From NCBI GenBank assembly GCA_963698775.1, contig CAVOSE010000072.1:4720-68719 (forward strand): a DNA stretch of 64,000 nucleotides. Reading direction: 5' to 3'. This document shows positions 32,884 through 45,932 of the stretch, in pieces. Positions within the stretch are counted from its first letter, which is position 1; every line of letters starts with the position of its first letter. The position numbers and the translations under genes were made by a program. The notes beneath the pieces are model-generated. The model did not search any database and had not been told where the DNA came from. It worked only from the letters and a program-made list of their open reading frames with translations. Source of the DNA: an uncultured Gammaproteobacteria bacterium (lineage in GTDB: Bacteria > Pseudomonadota > Gammaproteobacteria > Chromatiales > Chromatiaceae).

Positions 32884-35800
32884 ATGCGGCTCGAAAAAAT
32901 CAAACTCGCCGGGTTCAAGTCCTTCGTGGACCCCACCACTGTCCCCTTCCCGAGCAACCTGTCCGGTGTTGTCGGGCCGAATGGCTGTGGTAAGTCCAAC
33001 GTCATCGACGCGGTGCGCTGGGTTATGGGCGAGAGTTCGGCCAAGATGCTGCGCGGTGAGTCCATGGCCGACGTCATCTTCAACGGCAGCACCGGTCGCA
33101 AGCCGGTGGGTATGGCCAGTATCGAACTGACCTTCGACAACGCCGACGGCCGCGCCGGAGGGGAGTTCTCGGCCTTCAATCAGATCGCGGTCAAGCGCCA
33201 GGTATCCCGCGACGGTCAGTCCGCCTATTTTCTCAACGGCTCGCGCTGCCGTCGACGCGACATCCAGGACCTATTCCTCGGCACCGGACTCGGCCCGCGC
33301 AGTTACGCGATCATCGAGCAGGGCATGATCTCGCGCTTCATCGAGGCCAAGCCCGACGAACTGCGGCTGTTCATCGAAGAGGCGGCCGGCATCTCCAAGT
33401 ATAAGGAGCGCCGGCGCGAGACCGAGACCCGCATGCGCCACACGCGCGAGAACCTGGAGCGTCTGAACGACCTGCGCGACGAGGTCGGCAAGCAGTTGCA
33501 GCACCTGGAACGCCAGGCCGCTACCGCCGAGAAGTACCGCGCGCTGAAGGACGACGAGCGGCGTCTGGAGGATCAGCTGACGGCCCTGCGCTGGCGTGAC
33601 CTCGACCGCGACATCGGCGAGCGCGAGCGCGTGCTCGGCGAGCATGAGGTGGCGCTGGAGGCCCAGCGCGCGGAACAACGCAGCGTTGAGGCCGATATCG
33701 AGGCGTATCGCGATGGCTTTACCGATGCATCGGATAATTTCAACGCCGTGCAGGGCCGCTTCTACGCGGTCGGCTCGGAGATCGCGCGTCTGGAGCAGTC
33801 GATTCGATTCAGCAAGGAGACACGCGCGCGCCAGGAGGCCGAACTCGGCCGTGTGCGTCGAGAGCTCGGCGACGCGGAGTCTCTACTCGAGCGTGACCAG
33901 ATCAAGCTCGCGGAGCTGAACGACGAACTGGAGCGCGACCTCCCGCTGCTGGAGAGCGTGACCGAGCAGTTCGAGGCCGCCGGGGAGCGTCTAGTCGAGA
34001 CCGAGGTCCGTCTCGAAGCCTGGCAGGGGCACTGGGATGCCCTGCAACAGCAGCTGGCGGGGCCCGCCGAGCTGGCGCAGACCGAGCGTGGGCGCATCAA
34101 CAATCTGGAGCAACGCCTGCAGCAGGAGGCTCAGCGTGAGGCCCGCGTGGAGCAGGAGTTGGGGCGTTTGGAGACGGCGGAGCTGGAGTCGCGTCTGGCC
34201 TCGCTGGAGGATCGCTCCGACGGACTTGATGAGCAAATCGCCGCCGCCGCGGATGAGCAGACCGCCGCCGCCGATGCCTTGCGCATGCTCGATGACGAGC
34301 GTCACGCCGTCGCCGGGCGGCTCGATGCCGCGCGCACCGAACTGCAGGCCTGTCGTGGTCGGCAGGCCTCGCTGGAGGCATTGCAGGATGCGGTGCTGGA
34401 GGAGGGGGGTGATGCGGTCGCGGCCTGGGTCGCCAGGCATCAATTGCAGGATGTGCCGCGGTTGCTTGACGCCATCGAGGTCGACGCTGGCTGGGAGCGC
34501 GCGGTGGAGCTGGTGCTGGATGAATCGCTGGCGGCGCTCTGCTTACAGGATGTCGATGTCCACGCCGATGATCTCGACTGTGGTCCGCTGATGTTGCTCG
34601 GTCTCGCCGCCGAGGCCACCGGCGAACCCGCGGCCGACAGCCTGCTCGCAAGGGTCCGGTGCCCCTGGCCGCTGGTGAGTCTCCTGGCCGGGGTCCGCGT
34701 GGCCGAGACGACCACTGAGGCGTTGCAGCGCCGCCCAGAGCTCGCCGCCGGCGAGCGGATCATCAGCCGCGATGGCACCCTCGTCGGTCGCGACTGGGTG
34801 CGCAGTGCTACCGACGGGCCGCGTATCGCCGGCAGCATCGGGCGCGCCGAGGAATTGCGTACCTTGCAGGCGTCCAGCGAGGAGTTGGAGCAGGCCATCG
34901 CCGACCTGGCCGAGCAGCAGGAGGCCTTGGCGGAGCGGCGGCATGAATTGGAGCAGGAGCGTGAGGAGGCGTTGCAGCGTGTCGCGCGGCTGAGCCGCGA
35001 GCGCGCCACCCTGGATGCCGAGCTTGGTGCCGGGCGTGCGCGCTTGGAGCATTTGCAGGAGCGCCGCGACACATTGTCCGCCGAGCGTGCGGAGCTGGCC
35101 GAGGGCCGCGCCGAGGCCGTGGAGGAGATCGAGACGGCCCGCGAGCGCCTGCACGAGGCCTTGGAGCAGACGGAAGAACTCACCGCCCGTCGCGACGATC
35201 TGTCCGCGGCGCGCGAAGCACTGCGGGGCGACGTGACCGCTGCCCGTGCCGACGAAGGCCGGCTGCGCGATGAACGCCAACGCCTGATGCTCGGCATCGA
35301 GACCCGGCGGGCATCCCGCGACGCCGTGGAGGCTGCGCTGGAGCGTGCGCAGCAACAGCTCGGTAGTCTCAGCGAACGACGCGACGACTTGCTGGAAGCG
35401 TTGGAGCAGGACGCCGAGCCCCTGGCCGAGCAAGGCGAACAGCTGGAAGAGCAGCTCGCGCTGCGCCTGGACGTGGAGGCCGAGCTGGCGCAGGCGCGCA
35501 ACCGCATGGAGGCGCTGGACCAGTCCGTGCGCGACGGCGAGCAGCAGCGCCAGCGCCTGGAGCAGGCGGTGGCCGAGGCACAGCGGGCGCTGGACGGGCA
35601 ACGTCTGGAACGCCAGGAACTGCTGGTGCGTCGGCGTACCCTGGAGGAACAGCTCGCCGAACGCGACTGCACCGCGCCCGCCATTCTTGAGCACACCGAT
35701 GCGCTGGCCACGGCCGATGCCTGGGAGGCCGAGTTGGCGCAGGTGCGCAACCGCATCCAGCGGCTCGGCAACATCAATCTGGCAGCCATCGACGAGTTCA

Positions 35801-36381
35801 ACGAACAATCCGAGCGCATGCGCTACCTGGAGCAGCAATACGGCGACATCAACACGTCGCTAGAGACGCTGGAGGCGGCCATCCGCAAGATCGACCGCGA
35901 GACGCGCAGCCGTTTCAAGGAGACCTTCGACCGTGTCAATCAGGGCTTGCAACAGTTGTTTCCGCGCGTCTTCGGCGGTGGTCACGCCTATCTGGAACTG
36001 ACCGGCGACGACTTGCTGGAGACCGGCGTCACCATCATGGCGCGGCCGCCGGGCAAGCGGAATGCGAGCATCCACCTGCTGTCCGGCGGCGAGAAGGCGC
36101 TGACCGCGGTGGCGCTGGTGTTTGCGATCTTCCAACTCAATCCGGCGCCATTTTGTATGCTGGACGAGGTCGATGCGCCGCTGGACGACGCCAATGTCGG
36201 GCGTTTCTGCGAGCTGGTACGCTCCATGTCCGATCAAGTCCAGTTCATCTTCATCACCCACAACAAGGTGACCATGGAGATCGCCGACCACCTGATCGGC
36301 GTCACCATGCACGAGCCCGGCTGCTCGCGGCTGGTGTCGGTGGACGTGGATGAGGCGGCGCGGATGGTGGCGGCGTCTTAA
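32884..36381 (+). CDS. smc: Chromosome segregation protein SMC
   Basis: GFKSF, GPNGCGKSN, coiled coils and hinge, LSGGEK, LDEVDAPLD. Confidence 0.98.
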   Translation: MRLEKIKLAGFKSFVDPTTVPFPSNLSGVVGPNGCGKSNVIDAVRWVMGESSAKMLRGESMADVIFNGSTGRKPVGMASIELTFDNADGRAGGEFSAFNQIAVKRQVSRDGQSAYFLNGSRCRRRDIQDLFLGTGLGPRSYAIIEQGMISRFIEAKPDELRLFIEEAAGISKYKERRRETETRMRHTRENLERLNDLRDEVGKQLQHLERQAATAEKYRALKDDERRLEDQLTALRWRDLDRDIGERERVLGEHEVALEAQRAEQRSVEADIEAYRDGFTDASDNFNAVQGRFYAVGSEIARLEQSIRFSKETRARQEAELGRVRRELGDAESLLERDQIKLAELNDELERDLPLLESVTEQFEAAGERLVETEVRLEAWQGHWDALQQQLAGPAELAQTERGRINNLEQRLQQEAQREARVEQELGRLETAELESRLASLEDRSDGLDEQIAAAADEQTAAADALRMLDDERHAVAGRLDAARTELQACRGRQASLEALQDAVLEEGGDAVAAWVARHQLQDVPRLLDAIEVDAGWERAVELVLDESLAALCLQDVDVHADDLDCGPLMLLGLAAEATGEPAADSLLARVRCPWPLVSLLAGVRVAETTTEALQRRPELAAGERIISRDGTLVGRDWVRSATDGPRIAGSIGRAEELRTLQASSEELEQAIADLAEQQEALAERRHELEQEREEALQRVARLSRERATLDAELGAGRARLEHLQERRDTLSAERAELAEGRAEAVEEIETARERLHEALEQTEELTARRDDLSAAREALRGDVTAARADEGRLRDERQRLMLGIETRRASRDAVEAALERAQQQLGSLSERRDDLLEALEQDAEPLAEQGEQLEEQLALRLDVEAELAQARNRMEALDQSVRDGEQQRQRLEQAVAEAQRALDGQRLERQELLVRRRTLEEQLAERDCTAPAILEHTDALATADAWEAELAQVRNRIQRLGNINLAAIDEFNEQSERMRYLEQQYGDINTSLETLEAAIRKIDRETRSRFKETFDRVNQGLQQLFPRVFGGGHAYLELTGDDLLETGVTIMARPPGKRNASIHLLSGGEKALTAVALVFAIFQLNPAPFCMLDEVDAPLDDANVGRFCELVRSMSDQVQFIFITHNKVTMEIADHLIGVTMHEPGCSRLVSVDVDEAARMVAAS

Positions 36382-36382
36382 G

Positions 36383-36431
36383 GAAGTGTGAAGTTGCAAG
36401 TTTGCAGGGTGAAGGGTGAAGGGTGAAGGGT
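36383..36431. repeat. Degenerate 7-bp intergenic tandem repeat
   Basis: gaagtgt gaagttg caagttt gcagggt gaagggt gaagggt gaagggt. Confidence 0.75.
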
Positions 36432-36587
36432 AGAAATCGTACGCCCCCGTTGTACTGTGGGACTGGCCGCTCGCCGCTCGGCCTCATAATCCGCATTGAT
36501 CGCTTGCAAAACCGCGATGTCTGCCGTTCCCAGTTCGCTGGCGCTGATATACTCTTCTGCGAACACACACAGAGGGTCTAGAACAGA

Positions 36588-39733
<3,146 letters not shown>

Positions 39734-39890
39734 GCGTGGCGATCTCGGTCGGCGGCGATGAATCACGCTGGTCGCGCCCCGATATTTAACCCGCGTCTTG
39801 GCGCCAGTGAAGGTACCGCCAAGGATTTCCGTCTTCCGCGACACAGCGGTCTACATCTAAACTTCCTCAATTGAATCTCGGGGTACGCGA

Positions 39891-40172
39891 ATGTCAGAGC
39901 TCAGCCAGGAACAGCGAATCTTAATCGCCATGCGCAAGACGTTGGCCGCGGTCATCAAGGACGTCACGCCACCGCCCGGCATGAAGCATCCGTTGTCGGA
40001 GTCGACCATCCAGGACGTACGGCAATGCCTGGCGCTGATTTCGGCGCGGGAAAAGGAAATGGCGGATACCGACGGCCGCGGCGGTGAACGGCCCTACTAC
40101 ACCGACGAGCCCCAGACCGCCCAGGTCGTGTCCATCACCGGGCTCGGCAAACGCGGTAACGACAAGCACTAG
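39891..40172 (+). CDS. Small hypothetical protein
   Basis: Clean 93-aa ORF co-oriented after ligA (MRKTLAAVIKDVTPPPGMKHPLS). Confidence 0.7.
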   Translation: MSELSQEQRILIAMRKTLAAVIKDVTPPPGMKHPLSESTIQDVRQCLALISAREKEMADTDGRGGERPYYTDEPQTAQVVSITGLGKRGNDKH

Positions 40173-40201
40173 ACGGCGACTCGATTCGCCGGGGACAACA
40201 G

Positions 40202-41005
40202 ATGCCTGTGACATCGAACAACGTCCGCCGCGCAGCGATCGCCAGTGTGCTAATGCTGGCCGGCGGCGATGCATGGACCTGGGAGCGTGGGTTGGATGCG
40301 GGGACGAGGAGTCCCGTCGAGTGGTCCTATGCCGGCGCCTCCGGGCCGCAGGGCTGGGCCGACCTGTCTTCCGAATTCTCCGTCTGCGGTGCCGGACGCC
40401 TGCAGTCGCCGGTGGCCATCGACACCTCGGCTGCCATTTCGACACCCTGTGCGCCATTACGTTTCAGGTACCGCAGCAGCTCGCTCTACATCACCAACGA
40501 CGGTCGCGCATTGCGGCTCGGCTACGATCGCGGTAGCTATCTCGTGGTCGACGGGCTGAGCTACGAACTGGTGGAACTGCGATTCCACGTGCCGGCGGAG
40601 CACATGATCGACGGCCGCCCTGCTGACGGTGAGTTGCAACTGATCCACGGCAACAACCGCGGTGATATCGCGGTGGTGGCGGTGCCCATCGTCGCCGGTC
40701 GGCGTGTCAATCAGATCTTGCGTCGTATCCTGGAGAACGCGCCGAGTCTGCCGGGAGAGCAATTCCAGGGACGAAACGTCGGCGTGAACGGCGTGTTTCT
40801 GCTGCCGGGACGCAAAGACTACTATGCCTATCCGGGCTCATTGACACGGCCGCCCTGTACCGAGGGTGTGCGTTGGTATGTGCTGCATGAGCCACTGGAA
40901 GTGGACGCGTCGGACCTGGTTCAACTCGCGCGATTGATCGGTCCCAATGCGCGCCCGATCCAGCCTTTGTACGACCGTCCCGTGGCCAAGGTCTGCGAGC
41001 CCTAA
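40202..41005 (+). CDS. Alpha-carbonic anhydrase-like protein, probably acatalytic
   Basis: WSYAG..GPQGW, CGAGRLQSPVAI, YPGSLTRPPCTEGVRW, NARPIQP; Zn-ligand His positions are substituted. Confidence 0.88.
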   Translation: MPVTSNNVRRAAIASVLMLAGGDAWTWERGLDAGTRSPVEWSYAGASGPQGWADLSSEFSVCGAGRLQSPVAIDTSAAISTPCAPLRFRYRSSSLYITNDGRALRLGYDRGSYLVVDGLSYELVELRFHVPAEHMIDGRPADGELQLIHGNNRGDIAVVAVPIVAGRRVNQILRRILENAPSLPGEQFQGRNVGVNGVFLLPGRKDYYAYPGSLTRPPCTEGVRWYVLHEPLEVDASDLVQLARLIGPNARPIQPLYDRPVAKVCEP

Positions 41006-41022
41006 GCCGTCTCATACCTCGC

Positions 41023-41167
41023 ACCCTAAAACCGGCAGTTGCTTCGCGCGTAGGGGCGAATTTATTCGCCCAGACAATGCCTTCCGTGCGACTGAAGTCG
41101 TACCTATCCTGAGGCACGCAATCTATTGATTTAATTGGATTATCGATGCGAACCGCCGAACTTGGTT
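41023..41167 (+). repeat. MITE/REPIN-like element, family A
   Basis: ACCCTAAAACCGGCAGTT...GTAGGGGCGAATTTATTCGCCC...GCGACTGAAGTCG...AACCGCCGAACTTGGTT. Confidence 0.85.
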
Positions 41168-41274
41168 TCACGCTCTCTGAGCGTTCACTGGGTGTTCGCT
41201 GGGGCGTCGTTCTTGGGCGTCTTGCTCCCCCGGAATGAGTCCGGGAGACGAGGCTTGAGGGGATCGGTTGCGGG

Positions 41275-42153
41275 TCAGTCCTTTGCTGCCGGGGCCTCTT
41301 CTTCGTCCTCCTTTAGCTTGACCACTTCCTGGTTCAGGTCAACCTTCGCCTCCGTGCGCAGTTTGTTCAGCTCGTCGGCAATCTTCTGGCGTGTGACGCT
41401 GGCCTCGAGGGCCGGCTTCGCCTCCTCGAACGACGGCGGCTCCGCGGTGCGGGTGTCTTCCAGCAGGATGACATGCCAACCGAACTGAGTCTGCACCGGC
41501 TGTTTGGTAAAGCTGCCGACCTCTAGCGTGCCAACGGCATCGGAGAAGGGCTTGACCATCTGACGTGCGTCGAACCAGCCGAGATCGCCGCCCTTCTCGG
41601 CCGTCGGGCCGAGGGAGTTTTCCCGCGCCAGCTGATCGAAGTCTTCGCCTTCGGACGTCTCCAACTTCTTGATCAATTCCTCCGCCTTCTCCTTGTCGTC
41701 GACCAAGATGTGGCGTGCCTTGTATTCGTTACGCTTGGCCTGCTCCTTGTATTGCTCGTAGGCCTTTTGCAGTTCCTCTTCGGTCGGCGGATTGTCCTGG
41801 CCCATGCTCTGCAGAGCGGCATTGGACAGGATCATCATCTGCTGCAGTTCAAGCGCGGTCTTGACCTCGGCATTGTCGGCAAGCTCCCGCTTCTCGCCCT
41901 CTTGGGCGGCGACGACCATGCTTAGGAACTCGTTGAATGCCTGCTCTTGGAAGGCCGGTGTGTTCTGGGCGCCGGTTTCCTGCATGCGTTCGGTATAGAA
42001 GATGCGGAACAGCTCAAGGCTGTAGTCCTTGCCGTTGACGCTGGCGATGTTGGTCGCGTCGGCGCCAGCGTCGGCGTCCTGGGCGGTCGTAATGGCCGGG
42101 GCGGCGGTGATCGCCGCGGCGAGCATCAGCGAGAAGGGAATGGCTGGTTTCAT
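41275..42153 (-). CDS. Periplasmic PpiC/parvulin-type peptidyl-prolyl isomerase
   Basis: Signal peptide; YKARHILV, GGDLGWF, QTQFGWHVI. Confidence 0.93.
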   Translation of the reverse strand: MKPAIPFSLMLAAAITAAPAITTAQDADAGADATNIASVNGKDYSLELFRIFYTERMQETGAQNTPAFQEQAFNEFLSMVVAAQEGEKRELADNAEVKTALELQQMMILSNAALQSMGQDNPPTEEELQKAYEQYKEQAKRNEYKARHILVDDKEKAEELIKKLETSEGEDFDQLARENSLGPTAEKGGDLGWFDARQMVKPFSDAVGTLEVGSFTKQPVQTQFGWHVILLEDTRTAEPPSFEEAKPALEASVTRQKIADELNKLRTEAKVDLNQEVVKLKEDEEEAPAAKD

Positions 42154-42214
42154 GAATGCTGTCCTGTCGAAGAGTCGATGGTCAAAGGTTTGTGGGTCTG
42201 AGTCGCGGCGCGAC

Positions 42215-42517
42215 TCAGGAAGGAAAGACCTTGATGAAGGGTTTGACCTGCACCTCTCGGTAGACGCCAGTGGCAACGTAAGGGTCGGCGTCAGCCCAGG
42301 TGCGGGCCGCTTCGAGGTCGTCGAACTCGGCTACCACCAAAGAGCCGGTGAAGCCGGCCTCGCCGGGCTCGGTGGAGTCGATGGCGGGATGGGGTCCGGC
42401 CAACAGCAGTCGACCTTCCGCTTGCAGCGCTTCGAGGCGCTTCAGGTGATCCGGCCGTGCCGCGCGGCGGGCGGCGAGGCTGTTGGATTGGTCGCTCGCG
42501 ATGATGGCGTAGAGCAT
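42215..42517 (-). CDS. yciI: YciI family protein
   Basis: [28 protein letters not shown]. Confidence 0.93.
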   Translation of the reverse strand: MLYAIIASDQSNSLAARRAARPDHLKRLEALQAEGRLLLAGPHPAIDSTEPGEAGFTGSLVVAEFDDLEAARTWADADPYVATGVYREVQVKPFIKVFPS

Positions 42518-42518
42518 G

Positions 42519-43193
42519 TCAGTTGGTCTCTTGTTCCTGTTCGGTGCCCTGGATGTGGCGAGCGAGATAGAACGCCTGGGCGATGACGAAGATGATGGTC
42601 AATCCCATCATACCGAACAGCTTAAAGTTGACCCAAAGCTCCTCGCTGGACTGGGCCGTCTGGCAGAGCGCGAGGTGTGTGTCGGCGAACAGTTCGGCGC
42701 AGTGGGCGAGGTCGACCTCCGTCTCGCCGGTGGCACCGACCAAGGCCTGTCGTGCCTGGAAAAAACCGCTACCAATGTAGACAACATAGAGGTTGGCCAA
42801 GCCCGACAGCAAGAAGAATCCCACCCATGCGAGGTTCAGCCGCCGCCAGATCACACGCGGTATCTCGATGGCCTGACTCATCATGCGCTCCACCAGGGTC
42901 TTTTCGCCGATGAACTGACTCACCAGGAAGGCACCGGCGAACAGCCAATTGACGATGGTGGGCTTCCACATGACGAAGATCGGGTCGCGCAACGCCAGCG
43001 TGAGCCCACCGAAAACCACCAACAGCCCAAGCGTGACCAGATGCATGCGCTCGGTGCGCTTGTGTCGGATGCGCATCCAGGCCACCTGTAACGCCGATGC
43101 AGCAATGGCGACCGCTGTCGCCACGTAGATGCCATAGAGCTTGTACGCGACGAAGAAGAGGATGACTGGAAAGAAATCGGCGAGAAACTTCAT
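42519..43193 (-). CDS. yciB: Inner membrane protein YciB/IspZ
   Basis: [33 protein letters not shown]. Confidence 0.93.
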   Translation of the reverse strand: MKFLADFFPVILFFVAYKLYGIYVATAVAIAASALQVAWMRIRHKRTERMHLVTLGLLVVFGGLTLALRDPIFVMWKPTIVNWLFAGAFLVSQFIGEKTLVERMMSQAIEIPRVIWRRLNLAWVGFFLLSGLANLYVVYIGSGFFQARQALVGATGETEVDLAHCAELFADTHLALCQTAQSSEELWVNFKLFGMMGLTIIFVIAQAFYLARHIQGTEQEQETN

Positions 43194-43375
43194 GTTGTCG
43201 TTGGATTCCGATGGGTCCGTGGCGTTCAGCCTGGTGCGTCCCGAAACGCCTGCCGAGATCGGTACCGTGGCAATAATGGTCGGTTAGGCGTGAATGTCTC
43301 GGGGTTGCGCCGCGCCATAGACGTGACCGTGAAACAAAGGCTTCCTCTTGCAGGGTGGCACCGCGCAATGAGCGA

Positions 43376-44128
43376 TTAGTGCAGTCGCCGATCGCCGCCG
43401 TGGGCGTTGTAGTACCGTTGCATGACCGTGCGTACCTGGAGCGGGTAGTCGAGGGCGTCCATTTGCTCCATGCCTTCCCGGAAGAAGCCGGCCGCGTCGC
43501 TTGGCGCAAGCTCGACCAAGGTGTCGAAGGCGCTCTGCATCAATGTCGGCTGCTGCGTGCGGGTGGCGATGACGGCGCGGTTGATGATCAGCACACGCCA
43601 AGTACGCTCGGCCTCGCTACCGGCTTGCGCGTCCGAGATCCGCGGTGAGACGGCATGAAACACGTCGTCGGTCATCCGGAACAGCAGTGCGACCTCGGCT
43701 GGATCACGGAGCGCGTTGGCCAGCGCGGCGGCGGCGTTGACCACGGGGCCGATGTGGGTGAGTTCGCCACCGCCGCGCGCGACACAGCAAGCCAGCGGCA
43801 GTGTCAGCTGGTACAGCGCATCGGCTTCATCGCTCAGCTGCATGCGGCCCGCAATTTCGGCGAGCCGCGCGAGCAGATCGATGGCATGGTCGCCAAGGTC
43901 GCCCAACGTCGGCTCCGGCTCCCCCGACGCCATCTGGGTGCCGCGTTCGCGCTGCTGCAGGGCATCGAGCACGTTTGCCAAGGCGTCCGTAAGTCGCCGC
44001 TGCTCTGATGGCTCGTGCCCCGAGGCGGCCCACCGGGCATCTTCGCGCGCATCCTCCAGCCGCTCGACAAGGCGGGCGACTTCATCGCGGATGTAGACTG
44101 GATCTGCAAGCGGGAGCATAGACTCCAA
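43376..44128 (-). CDS. Hypothetical alpha-helical protein
   Basis: 250-aa ORF filling the gap, host-like codon usage; no family recognised; start uncertain. Confidence 0.7.
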   Translation of the reverse strand: MESMLPLADPVYIRDEVARLVERLEDAREDARWAASGHEPSEQRRLTDALANVLDALQQRERGTQMASGEPEPTLGDLGDHAIDLLARLAEIAGRMQLSDEADALYQLTLPLACCVARGGGELTHIGPVVNAAAALANALRDPAEVALLFRMTDDVFHAVSPRISDAQAGSEAERTWRVLIINRAVIATRTQQPTLMQSAFDTLVELAPSDAAGFFREGMEQMDALDYPLQVRTVMQRYYNAHGGDRRLH

Positions 44129-44228
44129 AGTTTAACAGTGCATCGACCTCAGGGTGTAGCCGGATAGCGAAAATTAGGAGCACGCAAAGCGGCCGTCGGC
44201 CCGTCAGCCGATCGGGTAGAATGCACGG

Positions 44229-45116
44229 ATGTCGAAGCTACCTGACTTACACACCCATTCCACCGCGTCGGACGGTACCTTGTCGCCCAGCGCACTGGTG
44301 CAGCGCGCCAGCGCCGCCGGCATCGAAGTCATGGCCCTCACCGATCACGACACGGTGGCTGGTATTGAAGAGGCGACCGAGGCTGCCGCATCCGTCGGCT
44401 TGACGCTTATCCCAGGCGCCGAGATCTCGGTCAGCTGGGGTGGCCGCACCGTGCACATCGTCGGGCTCGATCTGGACACCTCCTGCGACGCGTTATTGCA
44501 GGGGCTGGAGGGTTTGCAATCCTATCGGCTCTGGCGCGCGGAGGAGATTGCCCGCAAACTCGCCAAGGCCGGCTACGAGGGGGCACTGGAAGGTGCCCGT
44601 GCCTACGCGTCCGGAGGGCTGATTGGGCGCACGCACTTCGCGCGCTTTCTGGTCGAGCGTCGCGCGGCGCCCGACCTGCGCGGGGTCTTCAAGCGCTTTT
44701 TGGTGACCGGAAAACCTGGCCATGTCGCGGGCGAGTGGACCACGCTTGCTGACGCGGTGGGCTGGATTCGCGCCGCGGGCGGTGATGCGGTCATCGCCCA
44801 CCCGGCGCGCTATGGCTTCACCCGCAGCAAGTTGAAGCGGCTCTTGTCGGAATTCATTGCATGCGGTGGCCGCGGGCTCGAAGTGGTCTCCGGGAGTCAT
44901 AGCCGCGACGACTATTTCGTCTTCGCGCGGCATGCGGCGGAGAACGGTTTGCTCGCCTCCGCCGGCTCCGACTATCACGGCCCGGACAATCCGTGGGTCG
45001 AGCTCGGTCGACTCCCGGCGCTGCCGGACGGTTGCCGGCCGATCTGGGATACTGCGGGATTTGGTCGGGCCGCGGCAGCACCCATGCCGCTTTTGTCAGC
45101 GGCGAGCGGTTACTGA
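44229..45116 (+). CDS. PHP domain protein (TrpH/YciV-like)
   Basis: DLHTHSTASDG, ALTDHD, EIS, AHP, GSDYHG. Confidence 0.93.
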   Translation: MSKLPDLHTHSTASDGTLSPSALVQRASAAGIEVMALTDHDTVAGIEEATEAAASVGLTLIPGAEISVSWGGRTVHIVGLDLDTSCDALLQGLEGLQSYRLWRAEEIARKLAKAGYEGALEGARAYASGGLIGRTHFARFLVERRAAPDLRGVFKRFLVTGKPGHVAGEWTTLADAVGWIRAAGGDAVIAHPARYGFTRSKLKRLLSEFIACGGRGLEVVSGSHSRDDYFVFARHAAENGLLASAGSDYHGPDNPWVELGRLPALPDGCRPIWDTAGFGRAAAAPMPLLSAASGY

Positions 45117-45226
45117 TCCGCGCACACGGCAGCCTGAGACACGGACCCGGGATTTCGCTCTTGCTTCACCCAGGAACGTGCCCCGAGACCATGGTCCCCA
45201 GCACATCGGTCTAAGACGGACCAGAC

Positions 45227-45850
45227 ATGGCAGATTTTATCCAGATCCATCCCGACAATCCGCAGCCGCGTCTGATCGCCCGCGCCGCGGAGGTGTTCCG
45301 CGCCGGTGGCGTAGTCGTCTATCCCACCGACTCCAGCTACGCGTTGGGTTGCGCCATCGGAGAAAAAGCGGCGTTGGATCGTATCCGGCAGATCCGCCGA
45401 ATCGACGACAAGCACAATTTCACGCTGGTCTGTCGCGACCTGTCAGAGATATCGACCTACGCGCGCATCGACAACAGCGCCTATCGCCAACTCAAGTCGT
45501 TGACGCCAGGTCCATATACTTTCATCTACTCGGCAACCAAGCAGGTGCCGCGGCGACTACTGCATCCAAAGCGGCGCGCCATTGGTATCCGCGTGCCCGA
45601 CACGCCGATCATCAGCCACCTGCTGAGCGAGTTCGGCGAACCCATCCTGAGCACCACGTTGATTCTGCCCGGAGATGAGTATCCGCTGGACGACGCGTAC
45701 GAGATCCGCGAAAGCATCGGTCATTGCGTCGACCTGATCATCGACGGCGGTCAGTGCGGCACCGAGCCGACCACCGTCTTGGATATGACGAAGGAGCCAC
45801 CGGTAATCGTCCGCGTGGGCAAGGGCGATACGTCGCTGTTCGATGCCTGA
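45227..45850 (+). CDS. yciO: YciO/Sua5-YrdC family protein
   Basis: IHPDNPQ, YPTDSSYALGC, HNFTLVC, TPGPYTF, GIRVPD. Confidence 0.9.
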   Translation: MADFIQIHPDNPQPRLIARAAEVFRAGGVVVYPTDSSYALGCAIGEKAALDRIRQIRRIDDKHNFTLVCRDLSEISTYARIDNSAYRQLKSLTPGPYTFIYSATKQVPRRLLHPKRRAIGIRVPDTPIISHLLSEFGEPILSTTLILPGDEYPLDDAYEIRESIGHCVDLIIDGGQCGTEPTTVLDMTKEPPVIVRVGKGDTSLFDA

Positions 45851-45932
45851 GTCTCACCCCGATCAGTTTCACACCCATCGCCGCTCGCGATGCCGGTTCG
45901 AACCCATGACGCCGCAATGTCGAGCATGACGA

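Noticed and set aside
34440-35838. Long antisense ORFs over smc (also over purL, pat, trpS and the RimK-like gene)
   Set aside because: Shadow ORFs expected from high-GC codon bias opposite well-supported genes
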